64,000 nucleotides of DNA from Motilimonas eburnea (GCF_021295345.1 NZ_JAIMJB010000006.1:25892-89891), one strand, 5' to 3'; positions 1-10,499 are shown, counted from the stretch's first letter. The notes: a model not told the origin generated them from the sequence alone. Numbers and translations are program-made.

Positions 1-168
1 ACAATGAGGGTCTGAAATGTCTCTTCGGCCACCGTCGACTGAACAGGCTGTACCGAAATGCCTTCACCAGGCAATGATGCAGCCCAAGCCGAGGTGCTTA
101 ACGCTGCCCCCGCTAAGGTGCTGCACACGAGTTTTATCTGCCAAGCGCTAGGTTTATTGTGTTTCATG
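1..168 (-). CDS. proX: glycine betaine/proline ABC transporter periplasmic binding protein ProX, N-terminal part (gene continues beyond window start)
   Basis: Minus-strand translation from ATG at 168 gives [36 protein letters not shown]..., a signal peptide then binding-protein-like sequence, directly downstream of proW in the proVWX order. Confidence 0.55.
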
Positions 169-206
169 AAATACTCCTGTTTCGTTACGAAATATGTAGC
201 TTGAAG

Positions 207-1406
207 TTACGAGCGGCGTTTAACCAACAACGACACAGGGCCGCTGTGATACCAGCGGGCCTTGTTATCACGCGATTTAGCACCAACAGCCTGAGTGATC
301 CGATCCAGTAAGATCGCCAGAATCACTATGCCTAATCCCCCCACAGCAGCGAGCCCCATGTCTAATCGACCAATACCTCGAAGCACCATCTGCCCTAAGC
401 CACCCACGGCAATCATGGAGGCGATCACCACCATAGATAATGACAACATGAGGGTTTGGTTGACGCCCGCCATAATGGTAGGCATGGCGAGTGGCAATTG
501 AATGCGATACAGCATCTGCTTTGAGTCCGCACCAAAAGAATGCCCCGCTTCGATCAACTCTTCGGGGACTTGGTGAATACCTAAGATGGTCAAACGCACC
601 ACTGGAGGGAGAGCAAATATGATAGTGACAACGACCCCAGGTACATTACCGATACCAAACAACATCACAATGGGCACCAAATAGACAAAAGCGGGAGTAG
701 TTTGCATCGCATCTAATATGGGTCTGACCAATCGCGCCGCTGTCGCACTTCGCGCAAGCCAAATACCAAGAGGTAAGCCTATCACTAAACAGAAAAACAC
801 CGATGTCATCACCAGAGATAGGGTCGTCATGGCTTCGGACCAAACCCCTATCAAGCCAATCAAAATAAGAGAAACCAGTGCACTCACGCCCAACTTCAAA
901 CCGGCAAATTGCCAAGCGAGTAAGAATAGCAGCAGTAACATGACTGGCGCTGGCGTCGCCACCAATAAGGCTTCAAAGGTGGTTAACATAAAATCGATGG
1001 GGATACGGATAGCTTGAAACAACGGACGACCATGCTCAACGAGCCAGTTCAACCCCGTTTCTACCCATAGATCAAAAGGAATCAGTGCGTGTGCAAAAGG
1101 ATCGAGCCAAGAAAATTCGACCACGGATTCTGGCGAAGCATTAAGCCAATCATTGTTAGTGGTTGGCGTCGACCCGCCCCAAGGATCATCAGCGGTATTG
1201 GTTGCTGAGGCTCCCGCACTCCCCCAAGGATCAGATGCAGAGCTATCTTGAGTCACTGTCGTGCTTGACCAAGGGTCACTGTTATCGAGTGCACTATTAT
1301 CAGGCGTACTCTCTTGTTGAGTATCGGGCGCCTGCGAGGGCGCGGTGACCACGGAATTAGCCTGTTGATTTTCACTTTGGCTTTGCGTAATTGCTTGAGA
1401 CATCAT
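207..1406 (-). CDS. proW: glycine betaine/proline ABC transporter permease ProW, with a low-complexity Q/S/T/D-rich N-terminal extension
   Basis: 399-aa ORF with multiple TM helices and an ABC permease signature region (...[30 protein letters not shown]...). Its stop/start overlaps proV. Confidence 0.9.
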   Translation of the reverse strand: MMSQAITQSQSENQQANSVVTAPSQAPDTQQESTPDNSALDNSDPWSSTTVTQDSSASDPWGSAGASATNTADDPWGGSTPTTNNDWLNASPESVVEFSWLDPFAHALIPFDLWVETGLNWLVEHGRPLFQAIRIPIDFMLTTFEALLVATPAPVMLLLLFLLAWQFAGLKLGVSALVSLILIGLIGVWSEAMTTLSLVMTSVFFCLVIGLPLGIWLARSATAARLVRPILDAMQTTPAFVYLVPIVMLFGIGNVPGVVVTIIFALPPVVRLTILGIHQVPEELIEAGHSFGADSKQMLYRIQLPLAMPTIMAGVNQTLMLSLSMVVIASMIAVGGLGQMVLRGIGRLDMGLAAVGGLGIVILAILLDRITQAVGAKSRDNKARWYHSGPVSLLVKRRS

Positions 1407-2593
1407 TATTCCCTATCTAAGGTTTTCAACAAGCGCGACTTGGTAATCACTCCTAGGTAATTGTTGTGCTCATCCACAACGGGTACGGCGTAAGGCACAC
1501 TGGCCACTTGACCAATGAGCTCACCCACAGGCATCTCCGGCGGCAAACTTAAGGTGTCATTGATGATCGCACTGGTCAGTGAGCTGCGCTGTTGATAGGC
1601 TTGCTTTAAGGAGTCGAGGGACACGATACCTAAGTATTGATTGCCCTTGTCCACGACCACACCATAATCTCTGTCGTGGTCGATTAAATACTGCATCGCC
1701 GATGCTGGCCCTTCATGCTCCGATTTTTTAAATACCGCGGCCGGTTTCTTCAATGCGATATCTTTAGCCGTGAATACGGTGGCAACATTCACACCACGGA
1801 AAAAAGAGCTCACATACTCATTAGCAGGGTTATGCAAGATATCATCGGGTGTGCCGACTTGTATTACCTCACCATTTTGCATAATGGCAATGCGGTCGCC
1901 AATACGCATGGCTTCGTCTAAGTCATGAGAAATAAATACGATGGTACGGCGATCGTCATTTTGCAGGCGAATTAACTCGTCTTGCATTTCGGTTCGGATT
2001 AATGGATCCAATGCGGAAAACGCTTCATCCATCAGCAAGATGTCGGGGTCGCACGCCAAGGCTCTAGCTAGTCCAACCCGTTGTTTCATGCCACCGGATA
2101 ATTCGTCGGGATAAGAGTCGCAATAGCTGTCTAGGCCAACCCGCTCAAGCGCAGCCATCGCCTGCTGCTGCCTGGTGGCTAATGCTATTCCCGCCAGCTC
2201 TAAACCAAATGCGGTGTTTTCGACCACTGTCATATGAGGCATCAAAGCAAAATTCTGAAACACCATGGAAATGTTATTTCGTCTAACGTCAATGAGTTCT
2301 TCTTTGGGGATTTGTGCGATGTCTTTACCATTGAGCAGGACGTGGCCGCGGGTTGGCTCGATGAGACGATTAAGTAAACGCACTAAGGTTGACTTACCCG
2401 AGCCTGAAAGCCCCATAATGACAAAAATTTCGCCCTTTTCGATGGACAAAGACACGTCATGAACGCCCACTGTCATGCCTGTTTTAGCAAAGATTTGCTC
2501 TTTGTCTAGGCCTTCCTCAATGAGGGGAAACGCGAGATCAGGTTTGTCGCCAAACACTTTGAACAAATTTTTAACTTCTAATATTGTTGACAT
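1406..2593 (-). CDS. proV: glycine betaine/proline ABC transporter ATP-binding protein ProV with tandem C-terminal CBS domains
   Basis: Walker [13 protein letters not shown] signature [15 protein letters not shown] and Walker [13 protein letters not shown]. The ~120-aa C-terminus is CBS-like and the length matches ProV (395 aa). Confidence 0.92.
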   Translation of the reverse strand: MSTILEVKNLFKVFGDKPDLAFPLIEEGLDKEQIFAKTGMTVGVHDVSLSIEKGEIFVIMGLSGSGKSTLVRLLNRLIEPTRGHVLLNGKDIAQIPKEELIDVRRNNISMVFQNFALMPHMTVVENTAFGLELAGIALATRQQQAMAALERVGLDSYCDSYPDELSGGMKQRVGLARALACDPDILLMDEAFSALDPLIRTEMQDELIRLQNDDRRTIVFISHDLDEAMRIGDRIAIMQNGEVIQVGTPDDILHNPANEYVSSFFRGVNVATVFTAKDIALKKPAAVFKKSEHEGPASAMQYLIDHDRDYGVVVDKGNQYLGIVSLDSLKQAYQQRSSLTSAIINDTLSLPPEMPVGELIGQVASVPYAVPVVDEHNNYLGVITKSRLLKTLDRE

Positions 2594-2773
2594 TACCCTT
2601 CCCTACCAAACACTCAAATATATTAGAGCTATAACTATTTTTTTGACCCCGCCGTTAACAACCTTGACCAAGAAAATGCAATAAAGCTAATACCATTAGC
2701 ACAAATCTAACGATTTAAGCATAGCTGTGTTTTAATAATCAGCTAAATATATTTAGATGACTAACAATTAATC

Positions 2774-3553
2774 TTAACTTCTTGATTGATTTAAGCTGCC
2801 ATAAAACTCAGGCTGCTCCAATAAAGCCGTTAACGCCGGGTCATGCTTCAACTCTTCGCGATAACTGTCACGACGTTGCACCGCTTCTGATAAATACTTC
2901 ATCGCTTTATCAAACTGCTCCATGGCGGTGTAAGCACAAGCCAGTTGATAAAAAGCATGGCTGTTTTCTTTATCTATTTTAAGAGCTTGATGACACAGAT
3001 TGGCTGCCCACTGTGGCTCATCCAACTCTAAAACGGCATCGGCTTTATAGGTTAAGGCTTCGCAGTCGGTTGGCCTGATTTTTAATAACTCATCATAAAT
3101 AAGAATTTTATTGGCCGATGAGCTTTCCTGTTGTGCCCGTAACCAAAGTGATTGCACCTCTTGGGTTCGCTCAATTTCTTCGCGGTTTTCTTCAATATGC
3201 AGCGTTTTTTGCTGCAATTGCGCTTCAATGGCGGCAAGGCGCTTTTCATATTCATTAATCAGCTTACTTATCTCTTCATCGGCCAAGGTATGTACCCTGT
3301 CTTTGATCTCTCGAATGGATGACCAACCAACTATCACCAAAACGGACGTCGCTGCTGCGATAAGGTAAAAGAAATAAGTGACGGTGTCGGTGGCATAAGC
3401 CACAGCGCGGTCGACCGATTTATGTTCGCGATCAACTATCTGTTGGATCAACTCCTGCTTAGCTTGAGCTTGTTCAATACGCAACTGTTTTAACTCATCA
3501 AGCACATAACGCTCTACGAAAGGGTTGTACAGAGGGGCTTCAAGGGCTTCCAC
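2774..3553 (-). CDS. hypothetical membrane-anchored coiled-coil/TPR-like protein
   Basis: 259-aa ORF with one central TM segment (FFYLIAAATSVLVIVGW), flanking heptad-rich helices and a C-terminal TPR-like region. I recognise no family. Confidence 0.45.
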   Translation of the reverse strand: MEALEAPLYNPFVERYVLDELKQLRIEQAQAKQELIQQIVDREHKSVDRAVAYATDTVTYFFYLIAAATSVLVIVGWSSIREIKDRVHTLADEEISKLINEYEKRLAAIEAQLQQKTLHIEENREEIERTQEVQSLWLRAQQESSSANKILIYDELLKIRPTDCEALTYKADAVLELDEPQWAANLCHQALKIDKENSHAFYQLACAYTAMEQFDKAMKYLSEAVQRRDSYREELKHDPALTALLEQPEFYGSLNQSRS

Positions 3554-3674
3554 TGTTTGTTCAACTTGTTCGCTTTGATCTTGGCTGGGTGTTGCTGCTT
3601 GGCTATTAATGGGGGGAGCAAGCCGCCCCCCATTAACATCAAGGCAATAACGAGGCCTAGGTTAACCTTGCGCA

Positions 3675-5174
3675 TTAACTGGCCAAGCATATGGCTTGTC
3701 CATGATTATGCACTTCAACTAAAGCGGCATGCAGACTCTTCACCGCCACATCATAGTCGGCTTCATTCACCACAAACTGCATATCCACCTCACGCATGGA
3801 TTGATGCATGGCTAACACGCTAATGTTGCGTGTCGCAATAGCTTGTACCGTGCGCGCGAGAATACCCGGAATTTTCAAGTCACTGCCAATCGCTGAAACA
3901 ATGGCCACCCGCTGCTGATTGATTTCAGCCTCTGGAAAACGGGCTTCCATGGCCGCACGAATTCGCTTCACGGTTTTTAGGTTGGCGGATAAATAATGGG
4001 TTAAGGTGTTCGCATTCATATCTTTAGAAACGATATGCCCTTTAAATCTGGCAATCACCTCTAATACTTCGCGCTCGTACTGATAGAGGTTACCCGCCAT
4101 ATCTTGATCAAACAGTTCAAGGGCATAAATGCCCTTACAACCTGCGATGATCTCAACACAGGGCGATTCACTGACGTAATCCCCCGTGATCAAGGTCCCG
4201 GCATGATCCGGCTCGAAGGTATTTTTAACCCTAAGGGGGATATTTTGCTGGCGCAGTCCTTTGGCGGCTTTCGGATGGATCGCTTCCATCCCTAAGTTAG
4301 CAAGTTGATCGGCGACATCATAATTTGTACGACCAATAGGCACCGCATTTTGCTCACCCACAAGGCGCGGGTCGGCGCTGCTTAAGTGAAACTCTTTATG
4401 GATAATGGCTTCTTTAGCCCCCGTTAGCACCGCGATACGGCTGAAGGTCATTTCACTGTAACCGCGGTCAAAGGTTGACATTAGCCCCTGCTCGCTATGG
4501 GCATAGCCTGTTACTATGGGTAATTCACTGCTTAAATCTAGCTTAGCAAATGCTTGCTGGACTCTTTGGTCTAGCGATATATGCTGTTCACTTTTCCAAC
4601 CCGTTAAATCGACAAACTTGGCATTCACCCCATCACGTTGTAATAAGGTTGCCGTATTCCACGCGCTGTGCGCTTCACCAATACTGGCCAACATTTCACG
4701 CACTGTGCTTAAGTGCGAGGCCAATTCAAAGTGGCCATGCTGACACAGGCTTTTCAGGTCCAGTAAGCATTGCTCAGCATCATCAAGCTTAGTCAGTATA
4801 AATTGATTAGCCTGCTCAAGCAGTTCCCCTTCAACGAACAAGGCGGTGTTAATATCCAGTAATTGCTGCTTTAATTCAGCTAATTTCTGCTGCCAGCCGG
4901 TGTCCACCATGCTGTTAGCGAAAAGAGCATAAACTCCGGCTTGCCCGGTTTTTTTGTATTCAAGTAATTGGTCGGTAATACCGCCATAGGCCGATACCAC
5001 AAAAACGCGCTGATAAAACTGGCTAGCGCCGGGGTTTAAAATAATGTTATCGCGCACCGATTCATAATCACTCATCGATGTGCCACCAATTTTTTCTACG
5101 GTATGCATGCTACTCCTTATCATCCTTAAAACATGATCGTGACGCGGTGACCTTGGGGTTTTAATTAAGGTCAC
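3675..5174 (-). CDS. ask: aspartate kinase, ectoine-pathway-associated (Ask_Ect type)
   Basis: 499-aa ORF with aspartokinase motifs (VVSAYGGITDQLL; C-terminal ACT-like region with ...AIVSAIGSDL...). It sits immediately downstream of ectC, as in ectABC-ask operons. Confidence 0.85.
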   Translation of the reverse strand: MTLIKTPRSPRHDHVLRMIRSSMHTVEKIGGTSMSDYESVRDNIILNPGASQFYQRVFVVSAYGGITDQLLEYKKTGQAGVYALFANSMVDTGWQQKLAELKQQLLDINTALFVEGELLEQANQFILTKLDDAEQCLLDLKSLCQHGHFELASHLSTVREMLASIGEAHSAWNTATLLQRDGVNAKFVDLTGWKSEQHISLDQRVQQAFAKLDLSSELPIVTGYAHSEQGLMSTFDRGYSEMTFSRIAVLTGAKEAIIHKEFHLSSADPRLVGEQNAVPIGRTNYDVADQLANLGMEAIHPKAAKGLRQQNIPLRVKNTFEPDHAGTLITGDYVSESPCVEIIAGCKGIYALELFDQDMAGNLYQYEREVLEVIARFKGHIVSKDMNANTLTHYLSANLKTVKRIRAAMEARFPEAEINQQRVAIVSAIGSDLKIPGILARTVQAIATRNISVLAMHQSMREVDMQFVVNEADYDVAVKSLHAALVEVHNHGQAICLAS

Positions 5175-5187
5175 ATCACGTGACTGG

Positions 5188-5586
5188 CTAGATAACGTCG
5201 GCCTCTAGCTCATAAGCGCCTTGGGCGTTATGCACTTCTTTACCGTTTAACGGAGGATTAAATACACAGGCTAGCTGCATTTCTTCACTGCAACGCAATA
5301 TGTGTTTGTCGTGCTTGTCAAGAATATAGATAGTCCCCGGCGCAATGCTGTGCTTGCTGCCATCTTCTAAACTTTCGATTTCACCTTTACCTGAAATGCA
5401 GTACACCGATTCCAAATGGTTTTGGTAGTGCATTTGGAAATCAGCCCCTTTGTAAATAGTGGTGATATGGAATGAAAAGCCCATTTGATCTTGCTTAAGT
5501 AATAAGCGCGTGCTTTCCCAATTGCCGTCTGGCGATACAATTCGACGATTTGACTGATTAGCTGTGGTTAGATCTCTTACTATCAT
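5188..5586 (-). CDS. ectC: L-ectoine synthase EctC (cupin)
   Basis: 132 aa beginning MIVRDL..., with a cupin core (...[33 protein letters not shown]...) typical of EctC. Confidence 0.92.
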   Translation of the reverse strand: MIVRDLTTANQSNRRIVSPDGNWESTRLLLKQDQMGFSFHITTIYKGADFQMHYQNHLESVYCISGKGEIESLEDGSKHSIAPGTIYILDKHDKHILRCSEEMQLACVFNPPLNGKEVHNAQGAYELEADVI

Positions 5587-5839
5587 GATGTTTTTCTTCT
5601 GATTCTGTGATTAAAAGGGTCATTGGCGTATGCGCTGATACGGTAGCAATGTCTGCTGCTGCAATGTTGATTTGCGCACCATTTGATATCGCCATGATCT
5701 GACTTCGAGACATGACGCGCAGGGCGCCTTGACCTCGTAGACAGGTAAGCAGGTATGAGCCCGAGTGAGAACGGCAACTTGGTAACAAGCGCCGTTCGCC
5801 AGACCCAACTTGTATGGTTTGGCTGGGCATCATAAGTTG

Positions 5840-7657
5840 TTATGAAGCTTTAAAGTAAGCCACCGTGGCTGGAATATCGTCGACCTTTGCGCAAACTTCA
5901 GCGATGGCTGATTCAACAATATCGATGCCTTTACGTAAGTTATCGTCGCTGATAGTCAGTGGACAGAAGAACTTAACAATGTGATCGTCTGCACCACTGG
6001 TTTCGATGATAACGCCTTTGGCAAAAGCGGCCTTGGTGATCTTGCCAGCGAGTTCACCACTGACACAGTTAATACCTTGGAATAAGCCACGGCCCTTAAT
6101 AGTAAAGTTACCCGTGCCATATTGCTTAACTATGTCGGTTAATCGCTCGGTGATGTAGCGGCCTTTTCGCTTAACATCATTGGCAAATTTGTTGTCGCTC
6201 CAGTAATGGTCGATGGCGGCTTTGGCTGCCACAAAGGCTAAGTTGTTACCTCTAAAGGTACCGTTATGCTCACCCGGCTTCCATTGGTCTAGCTCAGGCT
6301 TCATTAACACTACCGCCATCGGCAAGCCGTAACCACCAAGGGATTTTGAAAGGGTAATAATATCAGGCTCAATGCCTGCTTCTTCAAAACTAAAGAAGTC
6401 ACCAGTACGACCACAACCGGCTTGAATGTCGTCAACGATCATCAGGATTTTGTGTTTACGACAAACGGTTTGTAGGTTACGTAACCATTCAATGCTCGCG
6501 GCGTTAATGCCACCCTCGCCTTGTACGGTTTCAACCAATACCGCAGCGGGCGAGTTAATACCACTACTTGAATCACTGAGTACCTTGTCGAGGTATTCTG
6601 TGGTGTCAATATTGTCGCCAAGGTAACCATCAAATGGCATTCTATGCACACCGCTTAAGCTTACGCCAGCCGCATTACGGTGATGCGAGTTACCCGTTGC
6701 AGCCAATGCGCCTAAACTCACGCCATGGAAGCCATTGGTAAACGTAACAATATTTTGTTGGCCAGTCACATTACGCGCGATCTTCATGGCCGCTTCCACC
6801 GCATTGGTCCCCGTCGGACCGGTGAACTGCATTACGTATTCCATGCCACGAGGCTTTAAGATCTTATCGTTAAAGGTTTGTAGAAATTCACCCTTGGCTT
6901 TGGTGTGCATATCTAAACCATGAGTAATGCCATCTTCTGAAATGTAGTCGAGTAAAGCTTGCTTAAATAGGTCATTATTGTGACCGTAGTTTAAGGTACC
7001 GGCTCCAGCAAGAAAGTCGAGGTATCGATTACCGAACTCATCCCACATAAATTCGCCTTTGGCACGATTAAACACGCGAGGGAATGAACGGGCATAGCTT
7101 TGCACTTCCGATTCCATTTCCTTGAATATTTCCATCACCTGTACGGCGTGGTTAACAGGCTGATTGTTAAATGGGCCGATGCGCACTAAAGACTCTGAAG
7201 CGTGTTCGCCTTCAAAGTGCTCCTGCTCTTTTAGCCACACTTTTGAATTCATTTCAGCACTTAACTTGCTAGCAAAACTTTCAAATAATGACCAAGAAGC
7301 TAAATTGTCTTGCGTAATAGTGGTTTCAATATAGTGCACCCCTTTGCAATCAGTGCGATCCAAAATGTGCTGCAGCATATCCGATGCAAGGCCTTGACCA
7401 CGAACAGAAGTCGAAACGGCCACTTGCCAAATAAACAAAGTATCAGGACGCTCAGGCACTAAATAACCAGAAATAAAGCCAACTAACTCGTCATCAAGCT
7501 TAGCTGCGACGGAAGTACTTAGGAAATGGCCACATTGTAGAAAATTACAGTAACCAGAGTTGGTATCTAAAGGGGGGCAAGATGCAACAAGTCGAGAAAC
7601 AGCCATACCATCTGTTAATTCCGGTTGGCTTAACACTATCTTTTGCATGGAAGACAA
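5840..7657 (-). CDS. ectAB: bifunctional fusion: L-2,4-diaminobutyrate acetyltransferase (EctA, aa ~1-165) joined in frame to diaminobutyrate-2-oxoglutarate transaminase (EctB, aa ~176-605)
   Basis: The N-terminal GNAT is EctA-like (...PLDTNSGYCNFLQCGHF...LFIWQVAVSTSVRGQGLA...VRIGPF). A ~10-aa linker (NNQPVNHAVQV) leads into a class-III aminotransferase that starts MEIFKEMESEVQSYARSFPRVF, as EctB does. One continuous 605-aa ORF. Confidence 0.85.
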   Translation of the reverse strand: MSSMQKIVLSQPELTDGMAVSRLVASCPPLDTNSGYCNFLQCGHFLSTSVAAKLDDELVGFISGYLVPERPDTLFIWQVAVSTSVRGQGLASDMLQHILDRTDCKGVHYIETTITQDNLASWSLFESFASKLSAEMNSKVWLKEQEHFEGEHASESLVRIGPFNNQPVNHAVQVMEIFKEMESEVQSYARSFPRVFNRAKGEFMWDEFGNRYLDFLAGAGTLNYGHNNDLFKQALLDYISEDGITHGLDMHTKAKGEFLQTFNDKILKPRGMEYVMQFTGPTGTNAVEAAMKIARNVTGQQNIVTFTNGFHGVSLGALAATGNSHHRNAAGVSLSGVHRMPFDGYLGDNIDTTEYLDKVLSDSSSGINSPAAVLVETVQGEGGINAASIEWLRNLQTVCRKHKILMIVDDIQAGCGRTGDFFSFEEAGIEPDIITLSKSLGGYGLPMAVVLMKPELDQWKPGEHNGTFRGNNLAFVAAKAAIDHYWSDNKFANDVKRKGRYITERLTDIVKQYGTGNFTIKGRGLFQGINCVSGELAGKITKAAFAKGVIIETSGADDHIVKFFCPLTISDDNLRKGIDIVESAIAEVCAKVDDIPATVAYFKAS

Positions 7658-8106
7658 AATAACTCCTTATTTAGAACTAAAATAGATTCGACTAAATAAT
7701 CTTTATAGATGTAAAAGATATTTCCAAAAAGCTGTCACCACAGCCTTATGCAAATCCCAGTAAAATAGACAAAACCCTAGTAAAACCGGGAAAAGCGATC
7801 TTAGAAATCCATAAAAATCACTTACAACACTAAATATAGTACACTAAGTATTTTTTTATCTCTACCCTCGCACAGAAAGCATGAGTCGTGAAACTCAATA
7901 TTAAGACAGCATTTTGCCTCTAAGATGATTGCGTAACACGGCAGAAAATAACAACATAAAGCAAATAAAAATCAACCACTTAAGTTACGCCTCGCAAGTG
8001 CAATGTTTTACCTACTACCCAGCCCGTTAGTTAATGATTAAATTTTTACTACTAGATCAATTTATTGATGTAACAAAGCCGCAACAATTTATTTAGACTT
8101 GAAAGT

Positions 8107-8122
8107 AATTATCGATATAATT
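8107..8122. promoter_or_regulatory. imperfect 16-bp palindrome AATTATCGATATAATT in the divergent ect/ectR promoter region; candidate MarR(EctR)-type operator
   Basis: Palindrome seen in the sequence (core TATCGATA) about 37 bp upstream of the MarR start and inside the AT-rich 500-bp divergent intergenic region. Operator role is inferred. Confidence 0.3.
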
Positions 8123-8158
8123 GCCGCACCTTGAGCACGACAGCTTGATTACTAAAGT

Positions 8159-8686
8159 TTGACTGGAGTCGATATGAATAACATAGAAGAAGTACTTGTG
8201 GCCCTGCGCAGGGTGATACGCGCCACTGACTTACATTCAAAGCACCTAGCTAAAACGACAGGCCTTACTTCGCCACAAATTTTACTGCTGCAAACCATCC
8301 GCGATAAGGGTCAGGTGACCATAGGTGAAATTGCTAATGATATGAGTTTAAGTCAAGCCACGGTAACAACCATTATAGATAGGTTAGAAAAGCGCGGCCT
8401 AGTGGTACGAGAGCGCTCAACCACGGATAAGCGAAAAGTGCATGCCTTACTCACCGAGCAGGCAGTGGAAGTATTAAAAGAAGCCCCGTTACCATTACAG
8501 GATCACTTTGCGAAACAGTTCCATGATTTAAATGATTGGGAGCAAACCATGATCATTTCATCATTACAACGTGTTGCTCAAATGATGAATGCCCAACATA
8601 TTGATGCTTCACCCGTGTTAGACGTAGGTGTATTAGATCGCCACAGTACAGACCTAGAAAAGCCCGATGCCTTTAACAATAACTAG
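8159..8686 (+). CDS. ectR: MarR-family transcriptional regulator, EctR-like, divergent from the ect operon
   Basis: 175 aa with a winged-HTH MarR core (...TSPQILLLQTIRDKGQVTIGEIANDMSLSQATVTTIIDRLEKRGLVVRERS..DKRKV...). Position and orientation match EctR-type repressors. An alternative start is at 8174. Confidence 0.75.
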   Translation: MTGVDMNNIEEVLVALRRVIRATDLHSKHLAKTTGLTSPQILLLQTIRDKGQVTIGEIANDMSLSQATVTTIIDRLEKRGLVVRERSTTDKRKVHALLTEQAVEVLKEAPLPLQDHFAKQFHDLNDWEQTMIISSLQRVAQMMNAQHIDASPVLDVGVLDRHSTDLEKPDAFNNN

Positions 8687-8721
8687 GGACTAATCAGTCG
8701 GGGTCACCTGTGCGTAAGAAT

Positions 8722-8760
8722 AAAAAAAGCCGAAGTCACCACTTCGGCTTTTTGGGTTTT
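8722..8760. terminator. bidirectional rho-independent terminator between ectR(+) and the protease gene(-)
   Basis: Stem AGCCGAAGT/ACTTCGGCT with loop CACC, preceded by an A-run and followed by TTTTTGGGTTTT. Confidence 0.75.
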
Positions 8761-8819
8761 CAAACAAATGAAGGCCTAACCTACTGGCAGATGCATGTTT
8801 CAGTGCATCGCTAAGTTAT

Positions 8820-10499
8820 TTATTGTTTGATCCAAGCATCTTTCCAAGCTGTGCCTTCCCCTGGTGCGTAAGCTGAGCCACTACACCATAGGCCAAATGG
8901 CCAACCTTTACACTGGTAGACACTGCCTAGATTGCTAACAACATCACCCGGACCATAGCTGTTACCTGCAACATAAGGCTCAACACCGGTTGGTGGCTCA
9001 GTAGGTGCTACTGTTGGCGCTACCGTAGGCGCTACTGTTGGTTCAACCGTTGGCTCTGCCGTAGGAACAGGCGTTGGTGCTACCGTTGGCTCTGGCGTAG
9101 GTTGTGGGGTTGGTTGTGGCGTAGGCTCGGTGCCACATGAAGCTGCGCCGATTGCTTTCCATACACCCCAAGGTCCTGACTCAGAAGGGTTATCACCTTG
9201 TGTCCACCATTGTGCTTGCCATAATTGACCCGCCCAAATAACTTGCTCTTTGCCTTGATAAACCGAATTCGCATTCCACTCATTTGAGCAATTGCCAGTA
9301 GGCGGAGGCGTCGGCTCAACTTGCTGTTTTGCCGTCGCAGTGACCGATGCCGTGTAAGCCGTGGTGTTTTTGTCGATACCAAAGTTTAACGCAACGCCTG
9401 CTGTACCTGGATTCGCCGCACCAAATTGAACCCCAACCGAACAAGTGGCATTTGGCTGTAAGGTTTTTGCACTACAGTAGTCAAAGGTAACCACTAAATC
9501 AGACGCAACGCCCGTCGCTTGGGTGTTCACTGAGTCTAGGGTAAATTCAACATTACCCGCATTAGTAAGCTTAAAGGTGTGCTGTTTAGTTTCACCAATA
9601 ATGAATGAGCTGAGTGTTTGTGCCTTGGTATATCCCACGCTAACAAGATCGGCAGGGCCATTATCAATAATGCCATCCACCCAAGAGCGCAACGCTGCGA
9701 TATCACTGTAAACACCATATTTGCCAGGGCGAGCACAGCCAATACCCCAGCTTACGATACCCAGTTGTACCACTTGGCCACCTTGGTTGATCACAATCGG
9801 GCCACCGCTGTCGCCTTGACAAGAATCTTTTCCGCCTTGTGAGTAACCCGCACAGAAAGCGACATCACCGATATTTTGGTAACTACCACCCGCTTGACGA
9901 CATACTGCATCAGACACCAGTGGTACATCCACTTCTTGTAATACAGTTGGTGATAAACCACCTTCTTGAGTACGTCCTAGACCGGCCACTGTCAGTAGGT
10001 CACCCTCACGAACATATTGGCTTAGGGTTCCCTCAGCGATTTGCACCGTGACCGCACCTGGTAATTGACGGTCTAGTTTTAGCAGCGCGATATCATTGGC
10101 TAGGGTTCTCGTATTGTATTGCGGGTGAATAAAAATTTGTTCTACATTGGCGCGTTGTCCATCAGCTGCGCCGTAGCGGTAACCACCCACCTTCACAGCC
10201 ACTTGGCTAGGGGAGTCACCTACCACACAGTGTGCCGCGGTCAATACGTAGCCGTTACCTAAGTAACTTGCACCACAGTAAGAACGATTACCACTGCGGC
10301 TAACAAGCTGAGTATAAAACTCCCAGTCAGCTTGATTGGCATTGCCCCCACCGACAATTCGCGGAGTAACGATCTGATCATCTTCCAATGCCATTGCTTG
10401 GCTAGGCAATAATACTGACGAGATCATCGCTGCTAAAGCAGCTTGCTTAAACATCCTTGTTGAACTCATTGCTATCTTCCTTGTTATTTGGATTGCCAA
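8820..10499 (-). CDS. secreted trypsin-like (S1) serine protease with two C-terminal chitin/carbohydrate-binding (CBM5/12-like) domains separated by a Pro/Thr-rich linker
   Basis: Signal peptide, then IVGG... with catalytic-triad motifs TAAHC and GDSGGP. The C-terminal region has two W/Y-rich ~45-aa modules (AGQLWQAQWWTQG...; YVAGNSYGPGDVV..YQCKGWPFGLWC) flanking PTPQPTPQPTPEPTVAPT... repeats. Confidence 0.85.
   Translation of the reverse strand: MAIQITRKIAMSSTRMFKQAALAAMISSVLLPSQAMALEDDQIVTPRIVGGGNANQADWEFYTQLVSRSGNRSYCGASYLGNGYVLTAAHCVVGDSPSQVAVKVGGYRYGAADGQRANVEQIFIHPQYNTRTLANDIALLKLDRQLPGAVTVQIAEGTLSQYVREGDLLTVAGLGRTQEGGLSPTVLQEVDVPLVSDAVCRQAGGSYQNIGDVAFCAGYSQGGKDSCQGDSGGPIVINQGGQVVQLGIVSWGIGCARPGKYGVYSDIAALRSWVDGIIDNGPADLVSVGYTKAQTLSSFIIGETKQHTFKLTNAGNVEFTLDSVNTQATGVASDLVVTFDYCSAKTLQPNATCSVGVQFGAANPGTAGVALNFGIDKNTTAYTASVTATAKQQVEPTPPPTGNCSNEWNANSVYQGKEQVIWAGQLWQAQWWTQGDNPSESGPWGVWKAIGAASCGTEPTPQPTPQPTPEPTVAPTPVPTAEPTVEPTVAPTVAPTVAPTEPPTGVEPYVAGNSYGPGDVVSNLGSVYQCKGWPFGLWCSGSAYAPGEGTAWKDAWIKQ

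Noticed and set aside
3557-3823. 88-aa plus-strand ORF overlapping the ask 3' end.
   Set aside because: It overlaps the well-supported ask CDS and the hairpin region. It has no recognisable features.
5558-5833. Several 60-90-aa minus-strand ORFs in the ectC-ectAB spacer.
   Set aside because: They are mutually overlapping, Cys/Arg-rich and without RBS context. They more likely reflect a structured intergenic region than genes.
9080-9382. 100-aa minus-strand ORF inside the protease gene, and other short internal or opposite-strand ORFs throughout the track.
   Set aside because: These are embedded in strongly supported longer CDSs in other frames, with arginine-rich nonsense-like translations.
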